From the NCBI RefSeq assembly GCF_006345805.1, contig NC_042999.1, positions 156,984,001 to 157,048,000 on the forward strand: a stretch of DNA of 64,000 nt, written 5' to 3'. This document shows, in pieces, positions 60,561 through 64,000 of this stretch (the first letter of the stretch is position 1; each line of letters begins with the position of its first letter). The DNA is from Octopus sinensis. Taxonomy: Eukaryota. Both the position numbers and the translations under genes were made by a program. The notes beneath the pieces are model-generated. The model was not told where the DNA came from, searched no databases, and was given only the letters and a program-made list of their open reading frames with translations.

Positions 60561-61869
60561 GCTGGGGATTCCCCCACCCTCCAACTTATTACTCACTACA
60601 TTATCAGTCATTCTATTCAACTAAGATTTATGTAATTTGAATTTAGAAATGCTATAGGCCTACATGGATTTCTTGGTTCTTAGCATAAAGTGGTATGGGC
60701 AACTGCCAGACGATATATTTCAAGCTTACCATCCATTGTTTTTTTGGAACAGGTTGATGAAGGCTTGTCTGTAGAACGTGAAATTCCTGGACCAGGAGTC
60801 AACTTTCCGGTCTCTCTCAGGTGAATGTTCATTCTTCAGTTTTTCAATTATTAAAATCTCTTTGCTGATACTTTAGGTTTCAGAAGAGCGGTTTGCTACT
60901 TAATATCACGTTTATGTGTTTCTTCACATCCACCCCCACCCAATCCAGAAGGATTCCAGGTTATTCTGGAGAGGAGTGTTTGAAACTTTAATGGTATGGC
61001 TTTCATGCAACCACACTCTACTTGGGTGCACAATCCAAATTTATGGTTAACAGTTCTTTGATAATAATAAATCGTCATTTGTGTGGTGAACAACACCTGA
61101 CGATTATTATCGGTTGGTAGATATCAGCATGCACCAGCAAATAATTCGTTTGCTGAAGTTATAAAAAAAGAGCAATAATGTTTTGTTAGGTACATTAGTC
61201 CGGCTGGCGAGACACAACGATGTCAAAACAACAGGGCTCTTTGGACACGCAGATCTTCGGTGTAGTCGGAGATGAACTTGTCTTTTGTTTCTCTTGTAGT
61301 TATGAGAGTAACTACCGACATAGATGCGCACAGATGTATGGGTGTATGTATGACTATGAAATGTATGCGTGAGTGTATATATATGTATGTATAATAAAAT
61401 TTCCAGTATACTCTATCTTCCATATCAATTATTTCTACTATAGTCAACGTGAACTGAGGAATTCTTAACGTTGATCCAACGATGACTGCGCATTTACTGT
61501 GGATGTCCAAGTAGCCATAAGAAGTGAACGTACTCTGCCGGAACACTACTAGGGATTTACCCAAAATACAGTTTAGATGCTAAAATTTTAAATCTCAAAT
61601 CTAAACTTTAATTATATATATATACCTTCGAAGCGTAGAGTAGATGAAACCATAGCGACTGAAGAAGGGTTTTTTTCTTTGTGTTAATTGTCCTGTACTC
61701 TATTTTTTTGTTGCTTAAAAAATGTCCAGTTCCCTGGTTTGTGTCTATGTTTTCGTTTCTCATTGTGTTCGACATCTTTTTGGTGTCCTGTACTCATATA
61801 TGCGTGTATATGTACATGTAGAGGTAGGTACGTACATATATGTTTATATATATGCATATGTTTTATTTA

Positions 61870-61917
<48 letters not shown>

Positions 61918-62959
61918 CATCAGTACCAAGCAGTGATTAGCAATAAACAAACTTTAGGTTAGTTAAAACATCTTTCTGAAATTTTCGACTTCTAAAGGCA
62001 AATTCACTGCTGTTACCGTGAAGAAAATATTCTCTCTTATGGAAAAAGGTTTAAAAACAAGTTTATCTCTCTTTGCTATTTCTGATTGAGGAAGGTTAAA
62101 GGCTAAGTTTTCAAAAAAATTATTTTAATTCATCTTCTGTCATTTATCTGCCCTTAAATAATTGTATGAGTGACCCTCATTTAAGTTTCAAGTTTAGTCA
62201 AATATTCCGTAGCAGATATAATCATTGATGGTTGTCATCCACCAATCTTGTTAAAGAGCTCGCCGCTAGGCAAAAGAATTATGGGGGTGAGTTTCTCTGA
62301 AACATTTGTCCTCTTGCTAGCTTCACTTCAATTAGACATACACTCTGCCACCACCCTTGACGCTTCTCTTCTAAGATGTTATTGCCTTCTAGGTGAGTAA
62401 CCTCTCTGTTGCAGAATTTGGATATATGAGCTATGTAGGTTATTAGCAAACGAAGTTATATTTCCTATTCCGTAGTTTCTTTTCATGGGAGTTTACCCGT
62501 GTTTTTGTTTTGGAGAATTGAAATTCTCCCTTCCTTAATACGGCCATTCGGTAGTCAACTCTACTTGCTGTTCAGTGAACGCTGCCGTCAGAAATTCATG
62601 AGTACAGTTAGATATGTCGACCAAAAATTGGGGACTTTAGTAAGCCCAAGGAATTTCTAGTTACTAATAAAGGCTATGTGTGTGTGTGTAACATTTTGGT
62701 TTAGTTTCCTATTGATTGCTCTTGAAGTATTCAACTCAATAAGGGGTGGGACATAGCAGTGTTATTTTCTAGATGTTTGTATAAGCTCCTGGAGTTTTGT
62801 TTATGTATTTACATTTTAAAATAATTTTCGAAGTACTTATTATCAAAGGAATTTTTCTCTCCCCAACCTTTTAATTGATTTGATATGGTTTCCCTATGAC
62901 AAGACCATAGGAAAAAGCTGTCCCGATAGTCTTCGCAGGCCCTCCAAGACCAGTGAAAC

Positions 62960-63340
62960 CGACGCCGTTAATGTTTCTTGTGAATAGTTTTAAATCAACG
63001 GCTGCAGGAAAGGAATTTCAAGGAGTCGATGTTCTGGGTATGGAGGACAGGGTGCAGTAATTAATTAGTGAGTGGACTGAAAGGTAGATACAATGTGGAT
63101 GACGAGAGAAAAGGAAATGAGTGAATTGGGTGTGTCTAAGAGGCGGTGTCACGAGATCGGCCAACTCTGAGAAGAATCCTTTGTAGTCATGGTTGCAAAA
63201 GCTGAGAGTGAGAGAGAGAGAGCATAATCCCTAATGTAGATGAGAGGTTGGAGTGTGTTGATGAGTAACTTCTCACCAATCAGTTCACTGGCCTTTCTGT
63301 AGATATCTGTTTGTATAGATGCAGCAATGTTCCAAATGTT
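62960..63340 (-). mobile_element. Degenerate L2/CR1-group LINE C-terminal fragment
   Basis: Purine-rich plus strand; minus-strand peptides resemble L2-type C-termini (LLHLYKQI, LQP, FKTIHKK). Confidence 0.4.
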
Positions 63341-63373
63341 CGATTGCGGGACTAATCTGTGTTTGTAGAGGGT

Positions 63374-64000
63374 AGTGGTGGCTCGTAGATAAAATTAGTG
63401 GGAGTGCTGCTTCAGAAAAGTTTTAGCCGTTGTTTTAATATTGTGTAAAATGAAACAAACATATAGCGCGCGTCTGTACATTATCGACGACATGCACTAA
63501 TTTCTAAGCCGACACTTTAGCCAAAACTTGAATTCTGCATTTGGCAGATTTAAAGGCATAAATAAAGTTGTCGAAATCATCCCTCTTTTCCGGGTTCTTT
63601 TGCAGCGGTGCCACAAGGTTAATAAATACTCTATGAGAACTCTTTACATATCCAAGTGTTGCTATTTTCTGGAAGAGGCTTTATGTCAATTGTTATTGGT
63701 AAATTATCGATGTCTTTGCAGAAGTGATTTTGTACCATTCCAGTTGTATCAGTTACAAATGTGACGTTGAGTCCATTTCTTCTCTCATTTTAGCACATCA
63801 ATAAAGCCGTTCGAGTTTTCCCCTATTATGAGCACTCACTACTGCGATCCTTATTATGGAAAAGGAAGTTAGACTTGATGTATGCTATCTGTTGGTTTAT
63901 CTTTAGACAAAGCTTCTACAGTATCTTCACTTTATTGATTTTTAAGACGGATGGAAGTTCATATAACTGCCTCAAATCCAATGGCGACTCGTAGATAAAA
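63374..64000 (+). repeat. Partial-plus-full head-to-tail copy of the 35326-35933 repeat, running off the window
   Basis: 63374-63465 equals the unit's 3' end and is fused at a shared TA to the unit's start at 63464. Confidence 0.8.

Noticed and set aside
61223-61564. 113-aa minus-strand ORF
   Set aside because: TTG start, runs through a microsatellite-like tract, weak splice signals and no recognisable family.
62200-62650. Possible Gypsy RT/RNase H remnant on the minus strand
   Set aside because: Only a weak FLGL-like hint; no diagnostic motif could be recovered by eye.

Overview
Eukaryotic, AT-rich, repeat-saturated window, inferred to be octopus (coleoid cephalopod) from its SINE/LINE families. 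The only confidently identified host gene is the 3' part of the exosome subunit MTR3/EXOSC6: four plus-strand exons at <1-41, 2960-3019, 9488-9598 and 10771-10857. The rest is a mosaic of at least four SINE-like families, RTE, L2/CR1, Tx1 and R4-type LINE remnants, mariner fossils, several MITE/foldback families, Helitron-like elements and three Penelope-like element (PLE) remnants. The most notable observations are: (i) seven hammerhead ribozyme (HHR) motifs from four unrelated sequence families, including a canonical type I HHR with long stems at 55626-55730 and a family with a shared A6U core variant; (ii) a PLE whose 3' region has a tRNA-like head between the GIY-YIG stop codon and its HHR; (iii) a SINE present as monomer, dimers and a trimer with the same junction, with a single target-site duplication (TSD) around the monomer, one dimer and the trimer; (iv) a seven-pentamer heat-shock element with a TATA box and no recognisable heat-shock gene. 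All assignments were made by eye, without searches. Boundaries of degenerate repeats are approximate.
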